32,000 bases of DNA from Candidatus Electronema halotolerans (GCA_942493095.1 OW818675.1:1170001-1202000), one strand, 5' to 3'; shown: positions 9,464 through 19,350, counted from the stretch's first letter. The notes: generated by a model not told the origin, from the letters alone. Program-made: numbers and translations.

Positions 9464-10903
9464 TCAACCCCGCCTGATTCGCATGGTCACGGCAAAGCCC
9501 TTGGGTTGCAGGTTGCGGGCTGTGACCGTGCCGCCGCAGCTTTCCACGCAGGTTTTGACAATCGCCAGCCCCAGTCCCACGCCGCCGGAATCACTGTCGC
9601 GGGAAGGTTCTGGGCGAAAGAAGGGTTCAAAGAGGCGGTCAAGGTATTCCTCTGCCACACCAGGGCCGCAGTCAGCAACCGTGATTTCCACTTGGCCGTC
9701 CTCTTCATTGGCCGCAACTGTGATCATACCTGCCTTGCCAGCATATTTGACCGCATTGCGGAGCAGATTGGCAATGGCTCTGGTGAGCAGCTCGACTGAG
9801 GCAGTGACTTGAATATCCGGCCTGACCTGCACCTCTATCGCCGCAGCAGAGGAAGACTCGCGCCGCGCTGCCTCCTGCACCACGGACAGCAGGCTTATTT
9901 GCTCCAGCTTTACTGCCTGACTGCCCATGTCAGCCCGTGAAAAGGCGAGCAGCTCGCCGATCAACCGGGAGAGATGGTCAACATCCTCCATCACATCTTG
10001 GACCCGCTCCTGATTTGCGCCTTCCAGCCGCTGTTCCAGCACCCCCAGACCAAACTGGATCCGGGCCACTGGCGAACCCAATTCATGCGAAACATCCCCC
10101 AAGAAACGCTTCTGCCCTTGGACAAAGGCGGACAGCCGGGCAGTCATGTGATTGACAGTCCGGGCCAGCCTGCCTATTTCGTCCGCTCGCGGTTCGTGGA
10201 TGGAGACGGCGAAATTGCCCTTGGCAATCTCCTCCGCAGCCTCTGTCATCCGGGCCAGCGGCTTGGTGATGCTGCGGATCATGGGCAGCCAGAAGAGGAC
10301 GGAGATAATGATGATCACCGCAGCGGCCAGCATCCACGGCAGGGGATCAAAGAAGAAGCCGTTGCCGGTGATGGAGTCGGAAACCGCCAGCAGCAGGACA
10401 GGCAGATGCCGCTCCGAAGCCTCAAGGAAGAGCGGCAGGCGGATGCCGAACCACCAGCGGGCAGGTGTGCCGCTGTGCATGATCAGCAAAGGCCGCCGGT
10501 GGCCCGGTCGCTCTGGCGGCTCACCAGCGCAGGGCGGTTCGTTCGGCGGCCCGCGCCGTTGGAGAAGCTCCTTGGCCCGCACCAGCACCGCCGCCGGGAT
10601 GCTACTCTTTTGCTTGGGCGGAAAGACCAAGCCGCTGGGCAGGACGATCAGGAAATCCACGCCATGAATCTGGCCATGCCGGGCAAGGACATCCGGCCAC
10701 TCATCCGGCGGGGCCTGCCCCAGATCGTGGTTGAGGAGCATCCCGGCAGTGCGCAGACGGTCTGCGCCCTGATGACCAAAGAACTCATCCAAGTCCATGC
10801 GCAGCTGCACGGCAAAGAAGGCAGCCAGCACTGTGGCCAAGAGCAGCAGGTTGAGGAAGAACCACGCTATGATCTTGGCAAAGAGAGAAGACGGCAGCTT
10901 CAT
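9464..10903 (-). CDS. HAMP-domain sensor histidine kinase
   Basis: Two TM segments, HAMP region, H-box FLGDVSHELGSPVARIQF, N-box LTRAIANLLRNAVKYAG, G-boxes ADCGPGV and GGVGLGLAIVK. Confidence 0.93.
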   Translation of the reverse strand: MKLPSSLFAKIIAWFFLNLLLLATVLAAFFAVQLRMDLDEFFGHQGADRLRTAGMLLNHDLGQAPPDEWPDVLARHGQIHGVDFLIVLPSGLVFPPKQKSSIPAAVLVRAKELLQRRGPPNEPPCAGEPPERPGHRRPLLIMHSGTPARWWFGIRLPLFLEASERHLPVLLLAVSDSITGNGFFFDPLPWMLAAAVIIIISVLFWLPMIRSITKPLARMTEAAEEIAKGNFAVSIHEPRADEIGRLARTVNHMTARLSAFVQGQKRFLGDVSHELGSPVARIQFGLGVLEQRLEGANQERVQDVMEDVDHLSRLIGELLAFSRADMGSQAVKLEQISLLSVVQEAARRESSSAAAIEVQVRPDIQVTASVELLTRAIANLLRNAVKYAGKAGMITVAANEEDGQVEITVADCGPGVAEEYLDRLFEPFFRPEPSRDSDSGGVGLGLAIVKTCVESCGGTVTARNLQPKGFAVTMRIRRG

Positions 10904-11619
10904 GGCTGCTCCGGCGGGGCGATGAACATATAGCCTGCGCTGCGCACGGTCTGGATAAAGCGGGGCTGGCGCGGGTTTTCGCCGAGCTTGCGCCGCAGGG
11001 AGGAGATATGCACATCCACAGACCGGTCAAAGACATCATAATCCCGGCCAGCAACCGCCTCAAGCAGGTGATCGCGGGTCAGCACCCGGCCAGCGGCATT
11101 GGCCAGCACAGCGAGCAGGTCGTATTCCAGCGGAGTCAGGGTCAGCACTTCCCCGCCGAGCCGCACAGTGCGGGAATTCTGCTCAATCTGCAAGTCGGTG
11201 AAGCAGAGCACTGGCTCTCCTGCCTCGCTCCGGGTGGTCTCCGCAGCCTGCCAGCGGCGGGTCACAGCCCGGAGACGGGCGAGCAGCTCACGGGAGGAGA
11301 AGGTTTTCGGCAGATAGTCATCCGCGCCCATTTCCAAGCCAACAATGCGGTCGGTCTCCTCGCCCCGTGCGGTGAGCATCAGCACCGGCACGGTTGACAC
11401 CTGCCTGAGCTGTTTCAGGACCTCAAAGCCGTCCATCTGCGGCAGCATCACATCAAGAATCACGGCCTGATACTCCTTCTGCCGGAACAGCTCCAGTCCA
11501 TCCGGGCCGTTGTACGCCGCCTCGACCTCGTAGCCCATCGGCTCCAGGTAATCTCCCACCAAGCGGCAGAGCTTCCGGTCATCGTCAATCATGAGGATTT
11601 TCATGGTCTCGGCTTTCAT
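10900..11619 (-). CDS. OmpR/PhoB-family response regulator
   Basis: Receiver MKILMIDDDRKLCRLVG...VILDVMLPQMDGFEVL and a winged-helix C-terminus (VDVHISSLRRKLGENPRQPRFIQTVRSAGYMF). Start MKAETMKIL at 11619 overlaps the upstream gene stop (ATGA); stop overlaps the kinase start (ATGA). Confidence 0.92.
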   Translation of the reverse strand: MKAETMKILMIDDDRKLCRLVGDYLEPMGYEVEAAYNGPDGLELFRQKEYQAVILDVMLPQMDGFEVLKQLRQVSTVPVLMLTARGEETDRIVGLEMGADDYLPKTFSSRELLARLRAVTRRWQAAETTRSEAGEPVLCFTDLQIEQNSRTVRLGGEVLTLTPLEYDLLAVLANAAGRVLTRDHLLEAVAGRDYDVFDRSVDVHISSLRRKLGENPRQPRFIQTVRSAGYMFIAPPEQP

Positions 11620-13817
11620 TGCCGCTCCTTCCGCCCGCTCAATATCTTCCAAAGCTGTTTGAGGTCGATGCCGAAACCTGAGAAACTTGGCTTCAGCATA
11701 AGCAGTTCCTTCTCATCCATCTGCGCTTTCATCATCCGCAGCAGTTCAAGCATCTCATCGTCTCTGCTCGGCTCCACCAAGCCAAGGAGTTCCTTTACAC
11801 TGTAGCACTTCTTTGAGCCGTCTGGAATAAAGACATCTGAACCTGCCTCAGCAAGATTGATCAAGGTCTCGTAATCGGCACTGCGCTGCGGGTCATCAGG
11901 CATGGGAATGCGCTCGCTGACATCAAGATGCTTAAAGGTGTTGTTGATCTCGCGCAAGGAGAACCAGAGGAAGTGGAGATATTCCTTGCGGCGCGGGCCA
12001 TTCACCCAGAGGTTGATACGCCGGGCCTCGGTATCCGCCCGCACTACGGCCTCAGAGCCGCTTTCCCGGTCTTGCAGCACTGCGCCAGTGCGCCAACTCA
12101 GAGCATCCTTGATCTGCTGATGCACCTTGACCATGAAGCGCGGCATGACCGAAGGCGGCAGGAAGTCATGATAATGGAGGACAAACTGGAGCGCGTCCGC
12201 CTCGTCGAAAGTAAAGTCCGGCTCAACCACACCAAGAAGTTGCGGGATCAGCACCCGCTCGCTGTCCAGCTCCCAGCACAGCTCAAACTTCTTCATCAGC
12301 TTGATGATGAAAACATGAGTCTCTGGCGGGTAGGAGTGCGGCTCACCCGGCTGCTGGCGCAGGATGTCCTTCAGGCTTTCCAAACGAAGAATGCCTTTGT
12401 CCGCCGCCACCTGCCCGCTGTTGATAATTTTATAGACCGCGTTGGTCACCCAGACCGGGTCAAGGACGTGGGTGGCATCAAGGATGAAATCTTTGAAATG
12501 AACGGCCACGCCCAGATCGTGGAGAAGGTCAACCAGCGTCTCTTGGCTGGCCTGCTCAGTGATGCCCGCATCGACGCAGATGCTGCCATACTCGCGGCTG
12601 CTGATATAGGACCTGCCGAGCCGGGCAATCTGCTCTTTGACCAGAAACCAGCTCCCCGGCCAGCGGATGCCGATCATCTCCACCCGCGCCAGTTCTTTAA
12701 GTAGGGTCTCGCGGAGACGGCTAATGCCATCGCCGTCAGCGCAGGAGGTTCGGAAAAAGCCTTTGATTGATGGATACTTTGCTTGCAGGAAAGGCCGGTT
12801 GATGTCAAAGGAGGGGTTGGCATCCTGCTTGTTGAGCACCACCAGCACGGGTGAGTCGCCGCCAAAGCTCTCGATATGCTGGAGCCAGTATTCGGGCCGC
12901 TCGTCCTTGCGACCATCGAGCACGAGGACATACAGGCTGCGCTTGGACAGAAAGAACTGGTGCGTGGCGTGCATGATCTCCTGGCCGCCAAAGTCCCAGA
13001 TGTTGACCTTGATTGGCTGGCCGCCCGCAGTTACGTCCCAGCCCCGGATGCTGATGCCGTGCGTGGTGTCTTCGTGCTGGTCAAACTCCTCGCCGAGGAG
13101 CTTCTTGACCAGCGATGTCTTGCCTGCTGCGCCGTCACCGACAAGGAGCACCTTTACTTGGTTGAGGGGCTGGTCTTCTGCTTGGAGATTGGCGAAATAC
13201 TGGCGGATGGCTTCGATGCCTTGACGGGCGATCTCTATCGGCGGCGAGGTGAGGGGGTTGCCGCTGAGGTAAAGTTCCGTCAGTTTAGTGAGCTGGCCGA
13301 TTTCTGACGGTAGGGCGCTGAGTTGGTTTGTGTCGAGGTTAAGCAACGTCAGACTATTGAGTTGACTAATCTCAGGCGGCAGACTGTTCAACCGGTTGGC
13401 GTAAAGGTTAAGCTTCGTCAGGTTCGTGAGCTGGCAGATTTCCAGCGGCAGGGCAGTGAGCTGGTTGCTGCTGAGGAGAAGCACTGTCAGGCTGGTTAGC
13501 TGGCAGAATTCAGGCGGCAGGGTAGCGAGCTGGTTGTTGTTGAGTTCAAGCCTCGTCAAGTTCGTAAGCTGGAACAGCTCTGGCGGCAGGGTAGTAAGTC
13601 GATTACCTCTAAGATTAAGTTCTTGCAACTTAGTTAATTGGCAGATTTCCTGCGGCAAGGAAGTCAGACGATTACCTTGAAGCTCAAGGCATGTTAAATT
13701 GGTTAACTGGCCAATCTCCGGCGGCAGCTCGATAAGTTGCTTGCCACTCAAATAAAGACTGGTTGTCCCCTTCTCCTTAGCCTTGCGTATTACCTCAAGC
13801 AGCTCTTCATTCGTCAT
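11616..13817 (-). CDS. Leucine-rich-repeat Roc-COR GTPase (bacterial ROCO protein)
   Basis: 23-aa LRR units (LTNLTRLELNNNQLATLPPEFCQ...). Roc G1 GDGAAGKTSL, G3 DFGGQE, G4 NKQD; COR-like region follows. Start MTNEELLEVIRKAKEKG at 13817. Confidence 0.92.
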   Translation of the reverse strand: MTNEELLEVIRKAKEKGTTSLYLSGKQLIELPPEIGQLTNLTCLELQGNRLTSLPQEICQLTKLQELNLRGNRLTTLPPELFQLTNLTRLELNNNQLATLPPEFCQLTSLTVLLLSSNQLTALPLEICQLTNLTKLNLYANRLNSLPPEISQLNSLTLLNLDTNQLSALPSEIGQLTKLTELYLSGNPLTSPPIEIARQGIEAIRQYFANLQAEDQPLNQVKVLLVGDGAAGKTSLVKKLLGEEFDQHEDTTHGISIRGWDVTAGGQPIKVNIWDFGGQEIMHATHQFFLSKRSLYVLVLDGRKDERPEYWLQHIESFGGDSPVLVVLNKQDANPSFDINRPFLQAKYPSIKGFFRTSCADGDGISRLRETLLKELARVEMIGIRWPGSWFLVKEQIARLGRSYISSREYGSICVDAGITEQASQETLVDLLHDLGVAVHFKDFILDATHVLDPVWVTNAVYKIINSGQVAADKGILRLESLKDILRQQPGEPHSYPPETHVFIIKLMKKFELCWELDSERVLIPQLLGVVEPDFTFDEADALQFVLHYHDFLPPSVMPRFMVKVHQQIKDALSWRTGAVLQDRESGSEAVVRADTEARRINLWVNGPRRKEYLHFLWFSLREINNTFKHLDVSERIPMPDDPQRSADYETLINLAEAGSDVFIPDGSKKCYSVKELLGLVEPSRDDEMLELLRMMKAQMDEKELLMLKPSFSGFGIDLKQLWKILSGRKERQ

Positions 13818-13857
13818 TGTCTGCGCACCTGTGTTTGTTGGTTGTATAGCATTCGGA

Positions 13858-13975
13858 GTCAGCATGCTGACTCGGCAAGTACCAGCATGGTGGTAAGCCA
13901 AGTACCAGCATGGTGGTAAGCTAAGTTGCAGCATGCTGGAACGACGGGTTGCAGCATAGTGACTCCGTCGCCGTC
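13858..13975. repeat. Five diverged 23-bp tandem units, each centred on an (im)perfect palindrome
   Basis: Units start at 13861, 13884, 13907, 13930, 13953: AGCATGCTGACTCGGCAAGTACC / AGCATGGTGGTAAGCCAAGTACC / AGCATGGTGGTAAGCTAAGTTGC / AGCATGCTGGAACGACGGGTTGC / AGCATAGTGACTCCGTCGCCGTC. Confidence 0.85.
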
Positions 13976-14343
13976 AGTCGCGGGTTGTACTCTCAAGGGC
14001 CTCCTGCTGCTTTTCCTGCAAGGCAGCCGCAAGAGGCCGTCTCTGCAAGAGGAATACGCCATCCTAAAAAGACGCGCCGGTTTTGTCAAGGAAATGCCGG
14101 GCTTGTTCTGTCTTACAGAGAAGCAGGAACAGCAGCGGGAAGAGATGCCCGTCTCCTGCCAGCCATAGGAACTGCTTGCGGTTGGGAGATGAAGCCTGTT
14201 CAGGAAAAACTTGCTGGGCGCAGGGCCGCCGTGGTTACACGGCAGTGCGGGAGGGAAAGACGGAAAAGCAGGGCTGTGCTTGAGAATGGACAGCCGGGGA
14301 AAAGGAAATCTGCGACCGCTTGCGCAGCGGTCTTGCAGATCGT

Positions 14344-15984
14344 TCACCGGGCAAAGTCAGGCCGCTCCAGATTGAACTTCTTGATCTTGTAGCCGATCTG
14401 CCGCTGAGTCAGGCCCAGCTCCCGCGCCGCCCTGGCCTGCACCCAGCCATGCCGGAGCAGGGCCTCCTCAATTTGCTCGCGCTCAATCTCCAAGAGCGAT
14501 TTGCGGGTTCTGGGCAGTGTTGAGGGCGGCCCAGGCGCAGTGCTGCTGGCTGCGGGCGGAAGAGCAGGAGCGGCAGCAGGCATGGACGGCCTTGCCGCCT
14601 CCTGCGTGGGCGCAAAGAACTGGTCTGGCAGGTCTTCCAGCCGCAGCAGATCATCGGCAGAAAGAATCACCAGCCGTTCGATCAGGTTTTGCAGCTCGCG
14701 GACATTGCCGGGCCAGTCATAAGCGGTCATGGCATCAAGAAAATCACGGCTCATGCGGATGTTCTTGCTGTTCCGCTGATTGCTCAGTTTAAGAAAATGA
14801 TCTACCAGCAGCGGAATGTCCTCCCGCCGTTCCCGCAGCGGCGGCAGAATGATCGGCACCACATTGAGCCGATAATAAAGATCATTGCGGAAGCTGCCCT
14901 GCGCCACAGCCTGCTGGAGGCTGACATTGGTGGCGGCAATAATCCGCACGTCAACGCTGATGGTTCGATTGGAGCCGAGCCGCTCAAACTGCTGCTCCTG
15001 GAGGACCCGCAGCAGCTTGGACTGGAGCAGCAAGGGCATCTCGCCGATTTCATCGAGAAAAAGCGTGCCTTTGTCCGCCAGCTCAAAGCGACCGACCCGC
15101 GTCCCGCCTGCGCCGGTGAAGGCCCCTTTCTCATGGCCGAACAGCTCGCTTTCCAGCAAGGATTCCGGCAGGGCGGCGCAGTTGATCTTGACAAAAGGAC
15201 TGTTGCGGCGCGAACTGCTGTCATGAATGGCCTGCGCCGCCATCTCCTTGCCTGTGCCGGAGTCGCCGAGCAGGAGCACCGTGGCCTGACTGGGCGCAAC
15301 CCGCTCAATGCTCCAGAAGACCTCCTGCATGGCCTTGCAGTGGCCGATGATGTAATGCTTGCGGTGCCGCTCGTGCAGTTGGGCCTTGAGACTGATGTTC
15401 TCCTGCATCAGCTTCTGGCGGTCCCGGCGGATGGCCTGATTCAGGCTGAGAAACTGGGCGATCAGGGTGGCGACCACGGTCAGGAAGCGGACATCTTCAT
15501 CAAACGAAATTTCCAAGCCAAAGAGCCGGTCCACACTCAGAACCCCGACCGGCTTTTCGTGCAGCAGCACCGGCACGCCGATAAAGGCGATCTTGGTCTT
15601 GCGGAAGAGCTGCCTGGAGCCGGTGCGGTTGAGAAAGAGCGGCTCGCTGCTCACATCCGGGACAATAAAGGGCGAGGCAGTGCGGAAAATCTTGCCGCAG
15701 ATGCCTTCGTTTAATTTATAGACCCCGCGTTCCTCCTCCTCCACACTCAGACCATAAGAGGCGCAGATGCTCAACTGCTCCTGCTTCTCATCTAACAGGG
15801 CCAGCGTGGCCCGCTCCATCCGCAAGGTGTCGTGCAGCACTTTGAGAATCGCGGACAGCACTGTTTCCAGATGCACAGCAGAGTCAATCAGCTTGACGAT
15901 CCGATATAAGGCCTTGATCTCCAAGGCCTCGGTGGTGAAACGGTCTTTGGGGAAGAGGCAGAGTTCCTCCTTATCGCTGCCCAT
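14344..15984 (-). CDS. nifA: Sigma-54-dependent transcriptional activator, NifA-type (GAF-AAA+-Fis HTH)
   Basis: GAF-like N-domain, [43 protein letters not shown]; C-terminal [36 protein letters not shown]. Best SD (AAGGAG) precedes MGSDKEEL at 15984. Confidence 0.88.
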   Translation of the reverse strand: MGSDKEELCLFPKDRFTTEALEIKALYRIVKLIDSAVHLETVLSAILKVLHDTLRMERATLALLDEKQEQLSICASYGLSVEEEERGVYKLNEGICGKIFRTASPFIVPDVSSEPLFLNRTGSRQLFRKTKIAFIGVPVLLHEKPVGVLSVDRLFGLEISFDEDVRFLTVVATLIAQFLSLNQAIRRDRQKLMQENISLKAQLHERHRKHYIIGHCKAMQEVFWSIERVAPSQATVLLLGDSGTGKEMAAQAIHDSSSRRNSPFVKINCAALPESLLESELFGHEKGAFTGAGGTRVGRFELADKGTLFLDEIGEMPLLLQSKLLRVLQEQQFERLGSNRTISVDVRIIAATNVSLQQAVAQGSFRNDLYYRLNVVPIILPPLRERREDIPLLVDHFLKLSNQRNSKNIRMSRDFLDAMTAYDWPGNVRELQNLIERLVILSADDLLRLEDLPDQFFAPTQEAARPSMPAAAPALPPAASSTAPGPPSTLPRTRKSLLEIEREQIEEALLRHGWVQARAARELGLTQRQIGYKIKKFNLERPDFAR

Positions 15985-16022
15985 GATGCGTCTCCTTGTC
16001 TCATTAAATTTGTCCAACTTGT

Positions 16023-17132
16023 TCAGCATCCCTGCATGGCCAGGCCAAGCAGCTGCTGTTCGCTGAGGACGCTGCCGCCTGTCCGCAGCTGGCAGACAAG
16101 CTCTTCCGCCCTGCTTTCATCAAGCTGCACCCCCAGCTTTTGCAAATGCAGCAGCACGGCTCTGCGGCCAGTTTTGCCGCCAAAACGAAGCGTTCTCCTG
16201 CCCTTGACCCGCTCCGGCGGATACGGCTCATAAGTGGCTGGATTGACCGCCAGACCATGCTGGTGCAGGCCGGTTTCGCAGGTGAATATCTCTTTGCCCA
16301 CTAACGGATGATGGGCAGGAATGCTTCTCCTTGCCGCCCCGGCCACGCAACGGCAGAGCGCAGGCAGGTTTTCGGTCTGATAGTGCCGCTGTTCCAGGAC
16401 CAAGGCCAAATAACCGACAGCCTCCTCCAAACGGCAGCAGCCTGTCCGCTCGCCCAAACCGAGCACGGCGGCATCAAGACAGTCTGCGCCCGCCTCCAAG
16501 GCGGCAATGGAATTGGCTGTGGCCATGCCAAAATCGTTATGACAATGCACGCCTATTGTGACGGGCAGCACCTTTTTCACCGTCTTGACCAAGGCGGCCA
16601 TTGTGCCGGGCGAGCAGATGCCGACCGTGTCTGCCAAGCGGATTCTGCCTGCGCCGTTTTGCGTGGCGATGCTCCCCGCTGCAAGGACAAAGGCGGGATC
16701 AGCGCGGGAAGCGTCTTCCAAGCCGACTGAGACATAAGGAATGCCCAACACCAGAGCCTGCCGGACTGAGCTGGTTAGCTGCTCCAAAACCCAAGCCCGG
16801 TCTTTGCCCAGCCGCTCCTTGATATGGCAGTCAGACACGGGCATGGACAAGGAGAGAACATCAGGACGGCACGCTGCGGCAAAAGCAATGTCCTCCTCCC
16901 GGCAGCGGCACCAGAGGGCAAGACGGCAGGCCTTGCCGACAAGTTTGCGGGCCGCGCTGACCAAGTTTGGCAGCCAAGCATGCAGCGGCGAGGCCACGCC
17001 CAGTTCTATTTCAGCAACACCAACCCGCCGCAGCCCGGCAATGATCGCCCGTTCTGTCGCCGGACTGAACACCACGCCCGGTGCCTGCCTTCCTTCCCGC
17101 AAGGTGGAGTCAATAATTTCAACATGCTTCAT
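16023..17132 (-). CDS. nifV: Homocitrate synthase
   Basis: [68 protein letters not shown] and [21 protein letters not shown] are typical of NifV/LeuA-like enzymes; adjacent nifA supports NifV. Confidence 0.9.
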   Translation of the reverse strand: MKHVEIIDSTLREGRQAPGVVFSPATERAIIAGLRRVGVAEIELGVASPLHAWLPNLVSAARKLVGKACRLALWCRCREEDIAFAAACRPDVLSLSMPVSDCHIKERLGKDRAWVLEQLTSSVRQALVLGIPYVSVGLEDASRADPAFVLAAGSIATQNGAGRIRLADTVGICSPGTMAALVKTVKKVLPVTIGVHCHNDFGMATANSIAALEAGADCLDAAVLGLGERTGCCRLEEAVGYLALVLEQRHYQTENLPALCRCVAGAARRSIPAHHPLVGKEIFTCETGLHQHGLAVNPATYEPYPPERVKGRRTLRFGGKTGRRAVLLHLQKLGVQLDESRAEELVCQLRTGGSVLSEQQLLGLAMQGC

Positions 17133-17188
17133 GCTCGGACCATCTGTAGCTGATTCTGCTTGAACGTGTCATCTCAAACAAAAAGCAT

Positions 17189-17204
17189 ACAAAAAATGTG
17201 CCAA
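17189..17204 (-). promoter_or_regulatory. Weak candidate sigma-54 promoter upstream of nifV
   Basis: Minus strand TTGGCACATTTTTTGT: GG-N10-GT, one mismatch from the -24/-12 GG-N10-GC rule, ~57 nt upstream of the nifV start. Confidence 0.35.
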
Positions 17205-17536
17205 GTCAGACAAATATGGAGCTTTTGCAGGCGGGCTTGTGCAATTTCAGGCAGTTGCTGCCTTGAGCGCGCGGAGGGAGGGAGTTGGGAAGAAAAAGCA
17301 GGTTGTCATTTTTGTATTACACGGCTTATTGTTTACATATATGTGAATACCATTTCCGCATAACAGCTAAGTTTTCTAAAATGTAACAAAGGTGAACGGC
17401 CAGCAAATGCGAATCAGGCAGTATAGCAGGTAACATACGGTTTTGTCGGCGCAACAGCTGTTTGGCACAACGAGCAATATTTTTATCCGGTCACGACCTT
17501 GCCGCAACCCTGAATCATGCGGGTGCATGCAAAGTA

Positions 17537-17568
17537 AAAGGGAGACTGCCGCCGGGCAATCTCCCTTT
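17537..17568. terminator. Second, symmetric hairpin downstream of the MBL gene
   Basis: AAAGGGAGA-ctgccgccgggcaa-TCTCCCTTT, perfect 9-bp stem. Confidence 0.45.
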
Positions 17569-17596
17569 CTGCCTGCCAGACCAATCAACAGAAAAA

Positions 17597-17636
17597 GGGA
17601 GTCTCTGCGACATGGCAAAGACTCCCTGATTTTTTT
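17597..17636. terminator. Bidirectional Rho-independent terminator
   Basis: GGGAGTCT...AGACTCCC stem (17597-17626). T-run at 17630-17636 on plus strand and TTTTT on minus strand after the stem. Confidence 0.75.
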
Positions 17637-17656
17637 GGGCGCAGCAGGCGTGCGGA

Positions 17657-18301
17657 TCAAACAATGTCGCGGCTTGACAGATAGGGATTGCTTCGCGCCT
17701 CTTTGCCAATGGTGGATTTGGAGCCGCCATAGCCGTGCCCGGGCCAGACAACCGTTTCCGGCGGCAGGGTCAGGAGCCGCTCTTTGATGGAACGGGCCAG
17801 CTCGTTGGAGGAGCCGCCGGGAAAATCGGTGCGCCCGACTCCATCGACAAAGAGCGTGTCGCCGGTGAAGCAGTTCGGCGGGCTGTAGAGGCAGATGCCG
17901 CCGGGCGTGTGGCCGGGCGTGTGCAGCACGTGCAGCGATTCCTCGCCAAAGCTGATCAGGTCGCCGTCCTCAACCAGAATGTCTGCTGGCGGCGACTCAG
18001 GCAGGCCGAGCATGGAAAAATAGCTCTTCACATCCGGGTTGCTGAAAAATTCGGCATCAGCCCGGTGCATGACGATCTTTGCCCCTGTGGCCTGCTGAAT
18101 CGGCCCGTTGCCGCAGACATGGTCAGCATGACCGTGGGTGGAGATGATGCGCAGCACGTCCAGCCCGCCCTTGGCGCAGGCGGCCAAAATATCTTTTTCA
18201 TCGCCGCCCGGATCAATGACCACGGCCTTGCCAGTCTTTTCGCAGGAAACAATATAACAGCAGACATTCATCATGCCGACGGTCAGTTGCTGGATCTTCA
18301 T
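17657..18301 (-). CDS. MBL-fold metallo-hydrolase (glyoxalase II-like)
   Basis: THGHADHVCG, LHTPGHTPGGICLY, GDTLFVDGVGRTD and VWPGHGYGGSK motifs. Confidence 0.93.
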   Translation of the reverse strand: MKIQQLTVGMMNVCCYIVSCEKTGKAVVIDPGGDEKDILAACAKGGLDVLRIISTHGHADHVCGNGPIQQATGAKIVMHRADAEFFSNPDVKSYFSMLGLPESPPADILVEDGDLISFGEESLHVLHTPGHTPGGICLYSPPNCFTGDTLFVDGVGRTDFPGGSSNELARSIKERLLTLPPETVVWPGHGYGGSKSTIGKEARSNPYLSSRDIV

Positions 18302-18321
18302 TCTATTTCCTATTGTTTCAG

Positions 18322-18351
18322 AAAAGGCCGGGAACGGCAGCCGTCCCGGCC
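18322..18351 (-). terminator. Rho-independent terminator of the mrp gene
   Basis: Minus strand GGCCGGGA...TCCCGGCC stem (18326-18351) followed by TTTT. Confidence 0.7.
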
Positions 18352-18363
18352 TTGGGAGCGCAA

Positions 18364-19350
18364 TCAGCAGGTGCAGGTGTCGGTTTTTTCCGGGGCGCAG
18401 GTGCTGCCGCAGTCACAGCCGCAGGCAGCCGAGGAGCCGGTGGTTGCCATGTTCAGATGGAGTTTTTTCACTGGCATCCGTTGCTCAACCGCAGCCACCA
18501 CTTCGGCAAAGGCTTTCACTGCCGGGCTGTCCGCGTCGGACGTGAGATAGGGCTGACCGCTGTCGCCGCCCATGACCACGCGGGGATCCATCGGCACTTT
18601 GCCAAGGAAGGGCAAGTCAAAATCACGGGCCGTCTTCTCGCCGCCGCCAGCACCGAAGATGTCAACCGTCTCGCCGCAGTGCGGGCAGACAAAGCCGGAC
18701 ATGTTCTCCACCACCCCAACCACCGGCATTTTCACAGTCTTGCAGAAATTGATCGACTTGCGCACGTCAGCTAAGGCCACCTCCTGCGGCGTGGTGACAA
18801 CCACGGCATGAACATTGGGGATGGTCTGGGCCACAGAGAGCGGCTCATCGCCAGTGCCTGGAGGCGCATCAACCACCAGATAATCCAGCTCGCCCCAGTC
18901 CATGTCGCCGACAAACTGGCGGATGGCCTGAATTTTCAGCGGCCCGCGCCAGATGATGGCCTCGTCCCGGTCGCGCATCATATATTCCAAGGACACAACC
19001 TTGACTTTGTCCTTGTAGAGCAGCGGCGGCACCAGATCGTCTTTGCTCTTCAAGGGCTGGAGTTCACCGGTGAGATTGAGCATCCGGCAGACATCCGGGC
19101 CATGCAGGTCAACATCCATCAGGCCGACCTTCCAGCCGCGCTCGGCCAGACCAAGGGCCAGATTGACTGCGACTGTGGATTTACCCACCCCACCCTTGCC
19201 GCTCATGACCAGAATCTTGTTTTTGATCTTGCCCAGCGAGCGGTTGATGGCAATGTCCTGCTGGGCCAGATGGGCGTTGGCCGCATTGGTCTGGGCCGAG
19301 CCGCAGCTTGACTTTTCGGTGCTGCTGCATGTATTGCATGAAGAACTCAT
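18364..19350 (-). CDS. Mrp/NBP35 family ATP-binding protein with Cys-rich termini
   Basis: VMSGKGGVGKSTVAVNLALGL, DVDLHGPDVCRML, DAPPGTGDEPLS and GVVENMSGFVCPHCGE motifs. Confidence 0.95.
   Translation of the reverse strand: MSSSCNTCSSTEKSSCGSAQTNAANAHLAQQDIAINRSLGKIKNKILVMSGKGGVGKSTVAVNLALGLAERGWKVGLMDVDLHGPDVCRMLNLTGELQPLKSKDDLVPPLLYKDKVKVVSLEYMMRDRDEAIIWRGPLKIQAIRQFVGDMDWGELDYLVVDAPPGTGDEPLSVAQTIPNVHAVVVTTPQEVALADVRKSINFCKTVKMPVVGVVENMSGFVCPHCGETVDIFGAGGGEKTARDFDLPFLGKVPMDPRVVMGGDSGQPYLTSDADSPAVKAFAEVVAAVEQRMPVKKLHLNMATTGSSAACGCDCGSTCAPEKTDTCTC

Noticed and set aside
13220-13790. Tandem DNA repeat within the ROCO gene
   Set aside because: Explained by 23-aa leucine-rich repeats (69-bp units); the match with the 23-bp intergenic period looks coincidental because the sequences differ.
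13949-14392. 147-aa plus-strand ORF between the ROCO and nifA genes
   Set aside because: Starts inside the 23-bp repeat region, runs into the nifA 3' end, and its composition resembles untranslated DNA.
17376-17660. 94-aa minus-strand ORF
   Set aside because: Contains both hairpin/terminator structures downstream of the MBL gene and has no recognisable domain.
17735-18550. 271-aa plus-strand ORF
   Set aside because: Antisense to the MBL hydrolase and the mrp 3' end and runs across a clear terminator; no family features.
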